Assembly: GCA_050012855.1 (NCBI GenBank)
Contig: JBEKGJ010000029.1
Location: 128-64,127 of the forward strand
Origin: Verrucomicrobiota bacterium
Lineage (GTDB): Bacteria > Verrucomicrobiota > Verrucomicrobiia > Limisphaerales > J093
DNA length: 64,000 nucleotides
Direction of reading: 5' to 3'
Both the position numbers and the translations under genes were made by a program. Below are positions 7,774-18,025 of this stretch, one piece after another. The first letter of the stretch is position 1, and every line of letters begins with the position of its first letter. Under the pieces are notes generated by a model that saw only the letters and a program-made list of their open reading frames with translations, did no database searches and was not told where the DNA came from.

Positions 7774-9633
7774 CTACATGCGCTCCGGGGTTTCAATGCC
7801 CAGTAGATCCAGGCCCTGCCGCAGCACACGACCGGTCAGATCGCAGAGCGTCAGCCGGCGAGCGCGGTCTGCGCCGTCCGCCTTGAGCACCGGGCAGCGC
7901 TCGTAGAAGGTCGTGAAGTGGCCGGCCAGTTCGTAAAGATGGTTGCAGAGGTAGTTCGGGCGGTATTCCTCGGCCACCGCCTCGATGACCAGCCCGAAGT
8001 TCAGGAGGTGCCGGGCAAGCTGCATTTCCTCCGGCGCCGCCGGTCGCAAGTCCGTGGGCGGGGCGGCGGTCTCCGTCGTGCCGGCTTTGCGGAGGATGCT
8101 CTGGAGGCGGGTGACGGCGTATTGCAGGTAGGGCGCGGTGTTGCCGCTCAAGGCGAGCATTTTGTCCCAACTAAACACATAGTCGCTCTGCCGGTTGGGC
8201 AGCAAGTCCTGGTACTTCACTGCTCCGATGCCGACGATGCGGGCGATCTCGCGACGCTCGGCTTCCGGCAGCTCGGGGTTCTTCTCCGTGACGACGCGCA
8301 GGGCGCGCTCCTCCGCCTCGTCGAGCAGGTTGGCCAGCTTGACGGTGTCACCGGCGCGGGTCTTGAACGGCTTGCCGTCCTCGCCGAGGATCGAGCCGAA
8401 CCAGACATGGGCCAGCCGCACCCGCGCCGCGTCCGGCCGCCAGTGGCGGAAGGCCGCGAAGATCTGCCGGAAATGGAGCTGCTGCCGGCCGTCGGTGACG
8501 TAAATTATTTCGTCCGGCTGCCAGGTTTCGAGCCGGTAAGCCAGCGTCGCCAGGTCGGTCGTGGCGTAATTGAACCCGCCATCGCTCTTTTGGACGATGG
8601 CCGGATGCGCCTTGAGCTCGGGGACGTCGTCGAAGAAAACCACCTTGGCGCCCTCGCTTTCGCGGGCGATGCCGCGGGCGACGAGGTCCGAAACCACCGC
8701 CCGGAGGCGCGGGTTGTAGAAACTTTCGCCCAGGGTGCGATCGAACTTCACGCCGAGCCGCGCGTAGATCGTGTCAAACTGGGCTTGCGAGAGGGCGATC
8801 ATTTTGCGCCAGAGGCGGAGGTTGTCCGGATCGCCGGTCTGCAGCCGTACCAACTCTTTGCGACTTTCGTCCTCCGCTGATGACAGGTTACGTGACTTAT
8901 TGGAAAGGATTGTCTGGAGGATTCGCTCCGCAATTCTGTCCACTGAGCGTCCTGCAGCCAAATCGCTGCGTATTTTATCTCTGAATCGATCTTCAAGGCT
9001 GGTCCTCGTTTGCTCCCTGATCATCAACTGAACTAACTGCACCGCCTTGTAGATTAGCTCCAATTCAGCGATGGGATCTTTATCAAGTGCGTCCCGATTC
9101 AAAAACTCGTTCCAGGCAAAAATCAACATTCCAAACTGCGTTCCCCAGTCGCCCAAATGGTTGTCCGTGATGACGCGGTGGCCGAGCAACCGCAGCGTGC
9201 GGGCCAGACAGTCGCCGAGAATCGTGGACCGGATGTGGCCGACGTGCATCGGTTTGGCGACATTGGGCGAACTGAAATCCACGACCACGGTGCGCGGGGT
9301 GGCGGCGCGGGCGACGAACGGGTGTCCGGCCGTGAGGGCGGCGTGGAGCGCCGCGGCGATGGCCTCGGGGCGCAGCCGAAAATTGAGGAAGCCGGCGCCG
9401 GCGATCTCGACCGCTTCGCACCATGGCGTCACGTCGAGTCGGGCGGCGACGTCCGTTGCCAGTTGGCGCGGGTTGAGCCGGCGGGCCCGGGCGAGGGCCA
9501 TCAGGGCGTTGGACTGGTAATCGCCGAACTTCGGATCGGGGCAGGGGCGGACCTGGACGCTGTCCAGCGGGGCGTCGGGCAGCACGGCCTGCACGGCGGC
9601 ACGCAGCCGCTGTTCGATCAACTGGTGGAGCAT
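7774..9633 (-). CDS. argS: Arginine--tRNA ligase
   Basis: 'FSSPNVAKPMHVGHIRS', 'GDWGTQFGML' and the C-terminal DALR domain ending in '...M' identify ArgS. The start is set at 'MLHQLIEQRL', because the 39-codon upstream extension overlaps ptsN. Confidence 0.95.
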   Translation of the reverse strand: MLHQLIEQRLRAAVQAVLPDAPLDSVQVRPCPDPKFGDYQSNALMALARARRLNPRQLATDVAARLDVTPWCEAVEIAGAGFLNFRLRPEAIAAALHAALTAGHPFVARAATPRTVVVDFSSPNVAKPMHVGHIRSTILGDCLARTLRLLGHRVITDNHLGDWGTQFGMLIFAWNEFLNRDALDKDPIAELELIYKAVQLVQLMIREQTRTSLEDRFRDKIRSDLAAGRSVDRIAERILQTILSNKSRNLSSAEDESRKELVRLQTGDPDNLRLWRKMIALSQAQFDTIYARLGVKFDRTLGESFYNPRLRAVVSDLVARGIARESEGAKVVFFDDVPELKAHPAIVQKSDGGFNYATTDLATLAYRLETWQPDEIIYVTDGRQQLHFRQIFAAFRHWRPDAARVRLAHVWFGSILGEDGKPFKTRAGDTVKLANLLDEAEERALRVVTEKNPELPEAERREIARIVGIGAVKYQDLLPNRQSDYVFSWDKMLALSGNTAPYLQYAVTRLQSILRKAGTTETAAPPTDLRPAAPEEMQLARHLLNFGLVIEAVAEEYRPNYLCNHLYELAGHFTTFYERCPVLKADGADRARRLTLCDLTGRVLRQGLDLLGIETPERM

Positions 9634-9691
9634 GGGAAGTGGTTTGACCGCGCGTTCGGCCGGGGCGCGGCGGCGGCTGGTCGCCGGGCGA

Positions 9692-10159
9692 TCACGCCCC
9701 GGTCGAATTCTCCTGGATGATGCGGAACATGGCCGCCGCATCCGGGGCATTTTCCAGGGCCTGGCGGAATTCGCGTTTGTGCAGCAGCTTCGCGATGTCG
9801 GCGAGGGTGCGGAGGTGTTTCTGGAACTGGCCCTGCGGCACCAGGAAAAGCATCACCAGGGTTACGGGCTGGTTGTCCAGGGCATCGAAGTCGAGTCCCT
9901 GGTGCGAGCGGCCGAACGCCGCGCTGACTTCGGTGATGAGGTCGGTGGAGGCATGGGGGATGCCGATGCCGAAGCCAATGCCGGTGCTCATGGAGTTCTC
10001 GCGCCGGCGCACGACGGAAGCGATGGCCTCGCGGTTCTCCGGCTTGATTCGCCCGGATTCCACCAGACGGTTGATCAACTCGTCAATGGCACCCCAACGG
10101 TCGGCCGCCTTGAGGTCAGGCACGATGTTCTCGGGCTGCAGAATGTCACCTAGTGTCAT
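9692..10159 (-). CDS. ptsN: PTS EIIA-type nitrogen regulatory protein (PtsN-like)
   Basis: 'MTLGDILQPENIVPDLKA..' is followed by the phosphorylation site 'GIGFGIGIPHAST'. Confidence 0.8.
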   Translation of the reverse strand: MTLGDILQPENIVPDLKAADRWGAIDELINRLVESGRIKPENREAIASVVRRRENSMSTGIGFGIGIPHASTDLITEVSAAFGRSHQGLDFDALDNQPVTLVMLFLVPQGQFQKHLRTLADIAKLLHKREFRQALENAPDAAAMFRIIQENSTGA

Positions 10160-10463
10160 ACCGCGATTACAAGGCGGCATTGGGCCGCAAGCCGCCAGGC
10201 AATTCAAGCGTTAACTGCGTCCCGCCCGCATTTCCATCCGGAAGACCATTCACTGCCGCGATCCGGCCGACCGCAAAAGGTCCCCGGCTCACCGCGTCGG
10301 ACGCCCGCCGCGCGCCGCCTCCGGTCGGGCCGGCGGGTCACGGCGAATTGACCGCGCGGGTGGAATGGTCCTGGAGCCAGAAGATGTCCTTGTTATTAGG
10401 CGAAGCCAGGATGTCAACCACGAGTTTCTCGGACTGGAGGGGAGGGGTCGTGCGGCCGTCGAG

Positions 10464-11186
10464 CTACTTGTGCATCTCGGAATGGCCGTCGGCAAACGAA
10501 AACCCGCACGCCTGGTTGTGGTAGCAGCCTGGGTAATCCCAAAACTCCTCGTCGGCCGGGCGATCCGGGTAACCGGTCATGTCCGTCCCGAAGTTGCCCA
10601 CGTCAATGCTGTCCGGCCGCATGTCCAGAAAGACCCACGTCTGCGACGGCCCGGGCACAACCATGTCCGTGGTCTTGACATAGACCAGCCATTCCATGTC
10701 GGGCCCAGGCACAAGCCAGCCATCGTATCCACCCACCCAGATGTTCATGGACATGCTGCGAACGCGGGGCACCATCTGCCCGGCGAGCGGGCCGAACGCC
10801 GGCCGGATCGTCGAATGGTCGGACGGGCATTTGAAAATCGCCGCCGATTTGCCGCAGTAGGGCCACAGCAGGCTTTTTTGAATGTCCACGGTAACGTCCC
10901 AATTCGAGGCGTTGGTCGGATCAAAATCCATCAGGCCGGTCATCCACGTCGTGTTCGGATCGTCGGAGGTGGCCATGGGAATCCGCTCCCCGTTGTCGTC
11001 GGCGTACATTTTCCACGCGAACAGGAGGCCGCGGTGGTTGTTCATGCAGTAGATCCCCTGCGCCTTGGCCTTGGCCCGCCCGAGCGCGGGCAGCAGCAGG
11101 CCGGCCAGGATGGCAATGATGGCGATCACCACCAGCAGTTCGATCAGGGTAAACCCGTCCCTCGCGGCTGGCGGCCGTCTGATCAT
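10464..11186 (-). CDS. Prepilin-type N-terminal cleavage/methylation domain protein (DUF1559-like)
   Basis: '[33 protein letters not shown]' and the C-terminal '[12 protein letters not shown]' are characteristic. Confidence 0.85.
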   Translation of the reverse strand: MIRRPPAARDGFTLIELLVVIAIIAILAGLLLPALGRAKAKAQGIYCMNNHRGLLFAWKMYADDNGERIPMATSDDPNTTWMTGLMDFDPTNASNWDVTVDIQKSLLWPYCGKSAAIFKCPSDHSTIRPAFGPLAGQMVPRVRSMSMNIWVGGYDGWLVPGPDMEWLVYVKTTDMVVPGPSQTWVFLDMRPDSIDVGNFGTDMTGYPDRPADEEFWDYPGCYHNQACGFSFADGHSEMHK

Positions 11187-11385
11187 GCGGTGCCTCCGTC
11201 CTCCCCGCGGCCATCCCCGCGGCCGGCTCCCGGCGCGGATGACGGGCGGCCCTTTACGGTTGTTGCAGGCGTGCCCAAGCAACCCTTCGTTTCGCATCAA
11301 TGTGGCCCATGAAGCGCGTAATGCAAACGCATGATGTTCGCGGCACGCTTACCCATCGGCCGGGGCACTGCGGCAGCAGGGCGGA

Positions 11386-13584
11386 TCAAGGCCGCTCGAA
11401 CACCAGCCAGGTGCAGCCATTGGCGGGAACCTTGACGCTCACTTCAGCGACGTCACCCCGGTCCAGCCGCAGGCGCTCGGTAGCAGCACCTTCCCGACGA
11501 ACCAGCGCCGTCCCCGTGAGGCCGGTGTAGTACAGCGGCAGCCGGATGGTCCGGCGTGCCTCGACGGTGAGCGGGTTGTAAATCATCGCCAGCCCGCAAC
11601 GCCGGAGCCGCGGGTTGACATGGAGGAAATAATCAATGTCCCGCCCGTCGGCGCGTCGCAGATGGACGATGTCCGATTCCAGGATGTCGCGATAGGTCTT
11701 GAACCAGTCCACCCAGTGTTTGACCGTCGCCTGCGTCGCGTCGGAGTCGTACAAGCGCGGGCCGCGGTAGCAGGCCTGGACGCCGGCGCCGAAGTTGTTC
11801 GCCAGGTGCGCGGCGTAATCGGGCAGGTGGTCGCGCAGGGGCTCGAGCGTGGCTGCCGCCCCACCGCCCTGGTACTCGGTGAGCGGAACAAACATCCAGC
11901 CCATGGTCGGCGTTTTCTCGAACGTGCCATCGAAGATGTTCTGCCGGCCGTGAATGATCTGCTGGGCGCGGGGCAGGGACCAGTTCGATTCGCGATAGCC
12001 CATGCCGGTTTTGCTCGAGCCGGTGAAGAAATAGTAATCCGGAGCGTTGACATAAACGCCGCGGTCGCGACACCAGCCGTAGAACTCGGCGCTTGTGCGC
12101 CACTGGGTCCATTGCGAATCCGCCAGACCATGGTGGCCGGGATGGTTGGTTGAGGCGCACACATCGCCCGGATACGGGCCGTCGTGCTCCAGCAGGTCGA
12201 GGCCAGTCTGCTCGATGAAGATCTTCAGCTTGTCGAGATACGCGATGCCCCAGTGACTGCCCAGGCACGGTGCATTGCCGAAAATGGCGCCGCCGGGCCG
12301 GCCGGTCTGCGGGTTGATCACGTCGTTGGCGTCGTCAATCCGCCGGCTGCTGAACAGCGAGTACGCGCCGACTTCGAGGCCTTTCGCGTGGGCATAGTCC
12401 ACATCCGCCTTCACCCGCGCCAGGTAGGCGGGATCGGTGTTCTCCATGTCGAGCCCGCTGCCGAACGTGTAGATGATCATCTCGAAGCCCACCGCCGCGC
12501 ATTGGTCCACGGCGGCGCGGAAGCTGCGGGTGTCGGCGTTGCGGACATGCATCATGGTCGGGTTTTCCGTGAGCCAGGGCGCGAGCGTCCGCTGGGCGCG
12601 CCGGAGGGCGAGCCCCTGGCGTTCGCGGCTGTCCGAGTCATGGAGCAGCAGCCAGGTGCGGAACGAGCGGAAAGTTCCGCCGGGCGCGAGCCGCACCCCG
12701 GGGCCCACCGGCGTCCGGCAGGCCAGCAGACACGGCGTCAGCCTTTCGTAATGGACCTGCGTGTCGTAGTCGGGGTCGGGCAGCCACTCGGTAACGCGGC
12801 TCGAAGTCACCGGGTCCATGCCCCCGAAGCTGTAATCGCTCAACACGGAGAGTGGCGGCAAACGCCAACGGTTCGTCGCCCGGGCGTCCACGGCGGATTC
12901 CGCTTCGACCGCGGCCAGCAGCTCCGTCGTGACGCGATCCAGCGTGAGGCCATGATCCGTGCCGTTGCTGACGGTGAGCCATTTGCCCAGGAGCGGCAGG
13001 TGATCGTACAGTTCGTAGTGGACAATCACGCTGATGCCCCGCGTGGCCGGTTCGCGGCCGGCGTAATGAAAATCGGTGGTCACGCCGTGCGGCGGCCAGG
13101 GAAGGTCGGCGCTGTGGCGCTTGTGCTTCCAGGCGAACGTCGCCTCCGGTTGGCCGGTGCTCACGCCGACCAGTTGAAACGCCGACTGGTCGTCCTTCAG
13201 ACCCGCGATCCACGCGGGCAACAAGTAAGCATGATCCGGCTGGCCTCCGAGGCCGCCGACCTTGAACTCGCGGCCGTCAATCGTGAGCAACGCTTCCGGT
13301 TTCACGGCCCGGAGAACGCTGGTGCCGGTGACCAGGTTGTCGAGACCCACGGTGGCCCCGTTCGGCGCGAGTCGAATCGTGCGGCGCAGGAGCCCGTTTT
13401 CGAGGGCCACGGCGTTCGTGCCGTTGGCCCACACCACGCGGGCGGGCCAGTGCGGCGCGGTGACGAGCCAGTCCTCCGGCGGTGCGGCCTTCAGCGGGTG
13501 GATGGATGCGAGGAACGTCGCCAGCAGGATCAAGAGGGCAAGCCGGGCTGCCGAAGCGAGCTGGAGGTCGGAGGTGCGGTTCAC
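11386..13584 (-). CDS. Secreted putative glycoside hydrolase (TIM-barrel, alpha-galactosidase-like); family uncertain
   Basis: It has a signal peptide. The central region 'FEMIIYTFGSG...AKGLEVGAYS...LDLLEHDGPYPGD' looks like a glycosidase barrel. The product call is tentative. Confidence 0.7.
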   Translation of the reverse strand: MNRTSDLQLASAARLALLILLATFLASIHPLKAAPPEDWLVTAPHWPARVVWANGTNAVALENGLLRRTIRLAPNGATVGLDNLVTGTSVLRAVKPEALLTIDGREFKVGGLGGQPDHAYLLPAWIAGLKDDQSAFQLVGVSTGQPEATFAWKHKRHSADLPWPPHGVTTDFHYAGREPATRGISVIVHYELYDHLPLLGKWLTVSNGTDHGLTLDRVTTELLAAVEAESAVDARATNRWRLPPLSVLSDYSFGGMDPVTSSRVTEWLPDPDYDTQVHYERLTPCLLACRTPVGPGVRLAPGGTFRSFRTWLLLHDSDSRERQGLALRRAQRTLAPWLTENPTMMHVRNADTRSFRAAVDQCAAVGFEMIIYTFGSGLDMENTDPAYLARVKADVDYAHAKGLEVGAYSLFSSRRIDDANDVINPQTGRPGGAIFGNAPCLGSHWGIAYLDKLKIFIEQTGLDLLEHDGPYPGDVCASTNHPGHHGLADSQWTQWRTSAEFYGWCRDRGVYVNAPDYYFFTGSSKTGMGYRESNWSLPRAQQIIHGRQNIFDGTFEKTPTMGWMFVPLTEYQGGGAAATLEPLRDHLPDYAAHLANNFGAGVQACYRGPRLYDSDATQATVKHWVDWFKTYRDILESDIVHLRRADGRDIDYFLHVNPRLRRCGLAMIYNPLTVEARRTIRLPLYYTGLTGTALVRREGAATERLRLDRGDVAEVSVKVPANGCTWLVFERP

Positions 13585-13650
13585 TGCGCGAAGGTACCGG
13601 GCGACCGACGGTTTGTCAGCATTGCGTTCGCGTGGGCAGTGTCCTGATTT

Positions 13651-13794
13651 GGTGGGGCTCTGATGAGTGTCGAGTTTCGAGCTGCGAGCGTCGAATTCGT
13701 AAGAGTTCGTGAAATTGGTGGCGCGGCTGGGGAGGACGCCAGAGAAGTTCGAGGTTCGAGGTTCGAATTTGTGAGGGCTCGTGAGCTTTCGTGT
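13651..13794. repeat. 7-nt-periodic intergenic element (copy H1)
   Basis: The heptads 'gagtgtc gagtttc gagctgc gagcgtc gaattcg' are followed by 'gaagttc gaggttc gaggttc'. The element shares a 36-nt core with 20185-20220. Confidence 0.65.
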
Positions 13795-15789
13795 CTATTG
13801 AACGCGGCCGAACTTCTTCTCCAATTCGCGATAGCCGAGCTCGATGAGCGTCGGCCGGCCGTGGGGGCAGGTGTAAGGCATCGCGCAGCGGCGGAGGTCC
13901 TCGACCAGGCGCTCCAGTTCCGGGCCGGCGAGGGGATCGTGCGCTTTCACCGCGTGGCGGCAGACGGTTTTTGCGATCGTATCTTCGCCGAGGCGCACGG
14001 AGCTGACCTCCTGGCCGGCGGCCTTGAGTTCGTCGGCAATTTCGAGGACAAACCGCCGCGCGTCGCTCACCTGCACGAACGGCGGCAGGGCATCCAGAAG
14101 GAACGTGCGGTCGCCGAATTCGCTCAGCCCCACCCCGAGCCGGTTCAGCACCGGCAGTTGTTCGCGCAGGAATTGGGCGTCGCGCGCCGCCAACTCGACC
14201 GTTTCCGCCAGCAACAAACGTTGGGATGGTGCGGCGCCCGTTTCCAGGCGGGCCAGCATCTGCTCGAACAGAATCCGCTCGTGAGCGGCGTGCTGGTCGA
14301 GCAACACCAGGCCACGGTCGGATTCCAGAACGACGTAAAGCCGGCCGATCACGCCGACGAGACGCAGCGGCACGCTGAGCAACGGGAGGGCCGGCGTGGG
14401 CGACGGGATCGCAGGCTGGCCGGCGCTCACGGGGCTGATGGATGGGGCGGAGACCGTAATCGCCCGCGGTGCGGGCACCACGTCTGCGCTCGGCAGTGGT
14501 GCCGGTTTGTGTGGCGCGGCAGCGGGTGTCGCCGGAATCCTTGGCGGCACGGGAGCGACGGGACCTGGCCACTCGAAGGCCGGCAACGTCGCCGGCGCCG
14601 ATTCCACAGGTGGCGGCGTGGACACCTTCGAGGCGGCCGGCGGCGGGCTTGACGGTGGGTTGGCCATCCGCTCCGCTGGCGCGGCGGTGTGGAAGGCCAG
14701 GAGCGTGCGGCGCACCGCCTGGGTGACGATTGCCCGAACGACCCGTTCGTCGCGAAATCTTACCTCCCGCTTGGCGGGGTGGATGTTGACGTCCACCAGC
14801 GCCGGATCGAGTTCGAGGAAGAGGCAGCAAATTGGGTAACGGCCTTTCATCAGCGCGTTGTGGTAGCCTTCGAGCAGCGCGAAGTTCAGCCCGCGATGCT
14901 CCACCGGCCGGCGATTGACGAACAGGTGCTGGTCTTCACGCGTTGCGCGCGAAACCCCCGGTGCGCCAATGAACCCCCAGACGCGCAGTTGCGCCGGGCG
15001 GGGCGCGTTGGCGGATTCGGCCAGCACAGGCCCGGCCTCATCATCGTCGGGCGGCGCTCCGGCCGCGGGCAGCGGTGCGGTAAAATCCACCGTCAGAAGA
15101 CTCAGCTCGCCGCCGTAAAGGGCGCGGAGACGTTCGCGCAGCGCCGCCAACCGGCCCGCCGGTCCATCCCCCGGAGGCACCGCGGGGAGTTGCCAGACGA
15201 CCCGTTGCTCATGCGTAAACGTGAAAGCGACCTCGGGATACGCCAGCGCCGCGAGGGTGAGATAATGATGGATGTGCGCCCGCTCGGTTTCCTCGCTGCG
15301 CAGGAATTTCCGCCGCGCCGGGAGGTTGAAGAACAGTTGCCGCACCTCGATGCTCGTGCCGGTCGGGCCGCCAGCGGATTTCACCTCCAGAATTTTGCCG
15401 CCATGAATGACCACCTGCGTGGCTTCCACCGCGTCGCCGTCGCGTTCGCGCGTGGTGAGGGTCAGCCGGCTGACGCTCGCAATGCTGGGCAGCGCCTCGC
15501 CGCGAAAACCCATCGTTGCGATCGCCGCGAGATCCTCGGCCCGGCAGATTTTGCTGGTGGCGTGGCGTTCGAAAGCGAGCAGGGCGTCGTCGCGGCTCAT
15601 GCCGGCGCCGTCGTCGGTCACGCGCACGAGGCTCCGGCCGCCGGCCTGGACGTCCACGGTCACGCGGCCGGCGCCGGCGTCGAGGGCATTCTCGACGAGT
15701 TCCTTGACGATGCTGGCGGGCCGCTCGATGACCTCGCCGGCGGCGATCTGGTTGGCGACCTGTTCGGGCAGCAGCCGGATACGGTTCAC
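13795..15789 (-). CDS. mutL: DNA mismatch repair protein MutL
   Basis: 'RIRLLPEQVANQIAAGEVIERPASIVKELVENALDAG' is the GHKL ATPase, and the C-terminal dimerisation domain is present. The start is taken as the GTG at 15789. Confidence 0.9.
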   Translation of the reverse strand: MNRIRLLPEQVANQIAAGEVIERPASIVKELVENALDAGAGRVTVDVQAGGRSLVRVTDDGAGMSRDDALLAFERHATSKICRAEDLAAIATMGFRGEALPSIASVSRLTLTTRERDGDAVEATQVVIHGGKILEVKSAGGPTGTSIEVRQLFFNLPARRKFLRSEETERAHIHHYLTLAALAYPEVAFTFTHEQRVVWQLPAVPPGDGPAGRLAALRERLRALYGGELSLLTVDFTAPLPAAGAPPDDDEAGPVLAESANAPRPAQLRVWGFIGAPGVSRATREDQHLFVNRRPVEHRGLNFALLEGYHNALMKGRYPICCLFLELDPALVDVNIHPAKREVRFRDERVVRAIVTQAVRRTLLAFHTAAPAERMANPPSSPPPAASKVSTPPPVESAPATLPAFEWPGPVAPVPPRIPATPAAAPHKPAPLPSADVVPAPRAITVSAPSISPVSAGQPAIPSPTPALPLLSVPLRLVGVIGRLYVVLESDRGLVLLDQHAAHERILFEQMLARLETGAAPSQRLLLAETVELAARDAQFLREQLPVLNRLGVGLSEFGDRTFLLDALPPFVQVSDARRFVLEIADELKAAGQEVSSVRLGEDTIAKTVCRHAVKAHDPLAGPELERLVEDLRRCAMPYTCPHGRPTLIELGYRELEKKFGRVQ

Positions 15790-16070
15790 GCGGTGATTAT
15801 AGCAGCGTGTCGGCTGGAAGGAAGCCCGGCGGTGGGCAAATCGGGGCGGCGTGCATGGTTGGGCAGTGGGGGCTCGTCGTGTCCAGCAATCGCAAGTCCG
15901 CCCGGGGCAGCACGGTAGGAAGGGCGTTGTGCGATGGGCGGGACGGGGCAGAAGCCCAATCGGGTTCCTTTCGCCCCTCCGTGGCTTTGGTGCCTTTGCC
16001 GATCGGCCGGCCACCAACGCAACGGCGATTCTCAAATCATCTGCTCAAAGGGAGTGACTCGGACAGCGGT

Positions 16071-16685
16071 ATGACCACCGACCGAGTGGTCGTTTTCGAC
16101 GATCCGGTTTCGAGTCTTGACAGCGACATTCTATTTATCGTTGGTAGCCTCATAAAAGGACTGTTCGACGAGGTCCGCACGGGGACAGGGCATATCAAGC
16201 AAGTATTCGTCCTCACTCACAACGTGTCTTTTCACAGGGAAATCACGTTCAACCCGAACCGGCGGGACGTCGCCATGAATGAGGAGACATTCCGGGTCGT
16301 TCGGAAATCCGGATTGCTATCGAAACTGGACAAGCTCACGTCGAATCCCATCAAAACCTCATACGAGTTGCTTTGGGCTGAAGCCAGGAGGGCGGATCGC
16401 TCAAACCTGACGATTCAAAATACTCCGCGCAGAATTTTGGAGAACTACTTCAAAAGTCTGGGGGGACTCGATTCAGACAAAATGTGTGACCTGTTCGAGG
16501 GGAAAGAGAAACTTCTCTGCAAATCGCTCTTCTCGTGGGCAAATGCTGGTTTTCATCACGGACTCGACGATCTCTATGTGTCCACGGACGGAACTTTGGT
16601 CGAAACTTACCTGAAGGTGTTCAGGGCAATTGTTGAGAAATCCGGCCATCTTGCTCACTACAAGATGATGATGGGAGACGTTTAG
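16071..16685 (+). pseudogene. C-terminal fragment of an AAA_13-type ATPase (PrrC/RloC anticodon-nuclease family); N-terminal ~2/3 missing
   Basis: It begins at the Walker B 'VVVFDDPVSSLD'. The tail 'RRILENYFKSLG...SWANAGFHHG' matches the family's C-terminus. It is low in GC and has no Walker A upstream. Confidence 0.65.
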
Positions 16686-16697
16686 CATGACCGCCTC

Positions 16698-17641
16698 ATG
16701 CAGCACGCGCAGAACATGGCGGGGCTGAGGCGCCATTTCTGCGGGGACAAAAAGTGCGATGCCTTCGGGCAGTCTTTTGGCGACCAGGCGAAGATTGCCG
16801 AGGCGCTGGCTCCCGGCGGCAAGCGGAAAGTGTTCTGCCCGGATTGCGGCAAACCGATCCTCCTGCGCGATGTGATCGAGGAGAACCAGGACCGCCAAAT
16901 ACGCGAAACACGCGAAACGGAAACAGCCTGTGCCGGAAGCCCAGTCATCGAACGACTGAAATGCTCGTGGAGTTCGGTCGTTTCTTCTTTAGCGTCTTTG
17001 GCGTTTTTCGCGGTTTGAACTGCTGGGTTCGAGATAAGTTTCGATTCGCCAGCGGCGAAGGAGCAGGTGCGCGAGATGCAAGACGAAGGGCAGGCGGTGA
17101 TTGATAACGAAAGCCGCGAATTGCTGGCGGTGCATCACACGGGATTCATCGTGGCCGAAGCCGGGCAAATCTATCGCGGCTGCACGAACAGCGACCACGG
17201 GATTGATGGCGAGATCGAGTGCAAGGACGACCAGGGCCGCGCCTCCGGGAAGCGTCTGCATGTGCAACTCAAGTCCGGCGATTCCCACCTCAAGAAACGC
17301 CGGAGCGACGGGCAGTGTTTCAGATCAAGAACCCGTGCTGGGCCGATTACTGGCAGCAGCAGGCTTACGCCGTGATGCTGGTCATCCGCACGTCGGATGG
17401 CGAAATCCGCTGGAGGGACGTGAGCGCTTACCTCAAACGCGAAAGCGCCAGCGGGAAGACGGTGAGGCAGATCGTCTTCGCGGGCGGGGAGTTCGACGTG
17501 ATGAGCGTGCAGAACTGGCGGAAGAAGGTGCCGCGGCAGGGTTCGTCCAGGAGGTGGATGGACGTTCCAACCTCATCCGTGAGCATCCGGGTCTATCCGT
17601 GGTTGAACTCCTTCCGCCCCTTGCGGGCTTGGAAATGTTGA
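16698..17641 (+). pseudogene. Zn-ribbon + DUF4365 (PD-(D/E)xK) protein, disrupted by a repeat-borne stop and a frameshift
   Basis: The zinc ribbon is 'CGDKKC....CPDC'. A stop lies at 17016-17018 inside a 'acgcgaaac'-type repeat. The DUF4365 core 'DHGIDGEIE....VQLKSG' follows in the same frame, and the frame then shifts near 17310 to continue as 'FQIKNPCWADYWQQQAYAVMLVIR'. Confidence 0.6.
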
Positions 17642-17652
17642 TGGGACGATGA

Positions 17653-17714
17653 TCCCAGGGCGTCGCTCTCCGACTCGCTCTGCCCTGGGCTTTCACATCT
17701 CGCCCCCGTTGGGG
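17653..17714 (-). repeat. Solo REP copy (inverted orientation) of the RAYT-associated family
   Basis: 'cccagggcgtcgctctccgactcgctctgccctgggctttcacatc' matches the reverse complement of the 90-bp unit at 42177-42710. Confidence 0.6.
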
Positions 17715-18025
17715 CTGCTGTTGGTGAACAGGTCGCCCGCCGTTGAAACGGTGGGCTGCGCATCGGTTGCCCCTCGGGGCTCCCGTCGTTTGCTTCCCGG
17801 TCTTTCGAGGGACGCCGAAGACGGGGCCGAGGACGCCTGTGTCCGCATCACCACTTCCGGCCGCCGGTCGCACGATTCTTTGCTGGCCTGCCCCGCCGCG
17901 GTTTGCCAGACTGCGCCGGTGCTGAAACGGCGCGTCACCGGGGATCTTTCCTCACGGCAACGAGGGGATTGTTGCCGCTTCAGCCTTGGCCGCCGGACGA
18001 ACTCCCTCAGAAATCCCTCCCACTC

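Noticed and set aside
15807-16070. The upstream extension of the AAA_13 fragment ORF.
   Set aside because: It lies antisense to the mutL 5' region in high-GC DNA. Recognisable AAA_13 sequence, and the low-GC composition, begin only at about 16040-16071.
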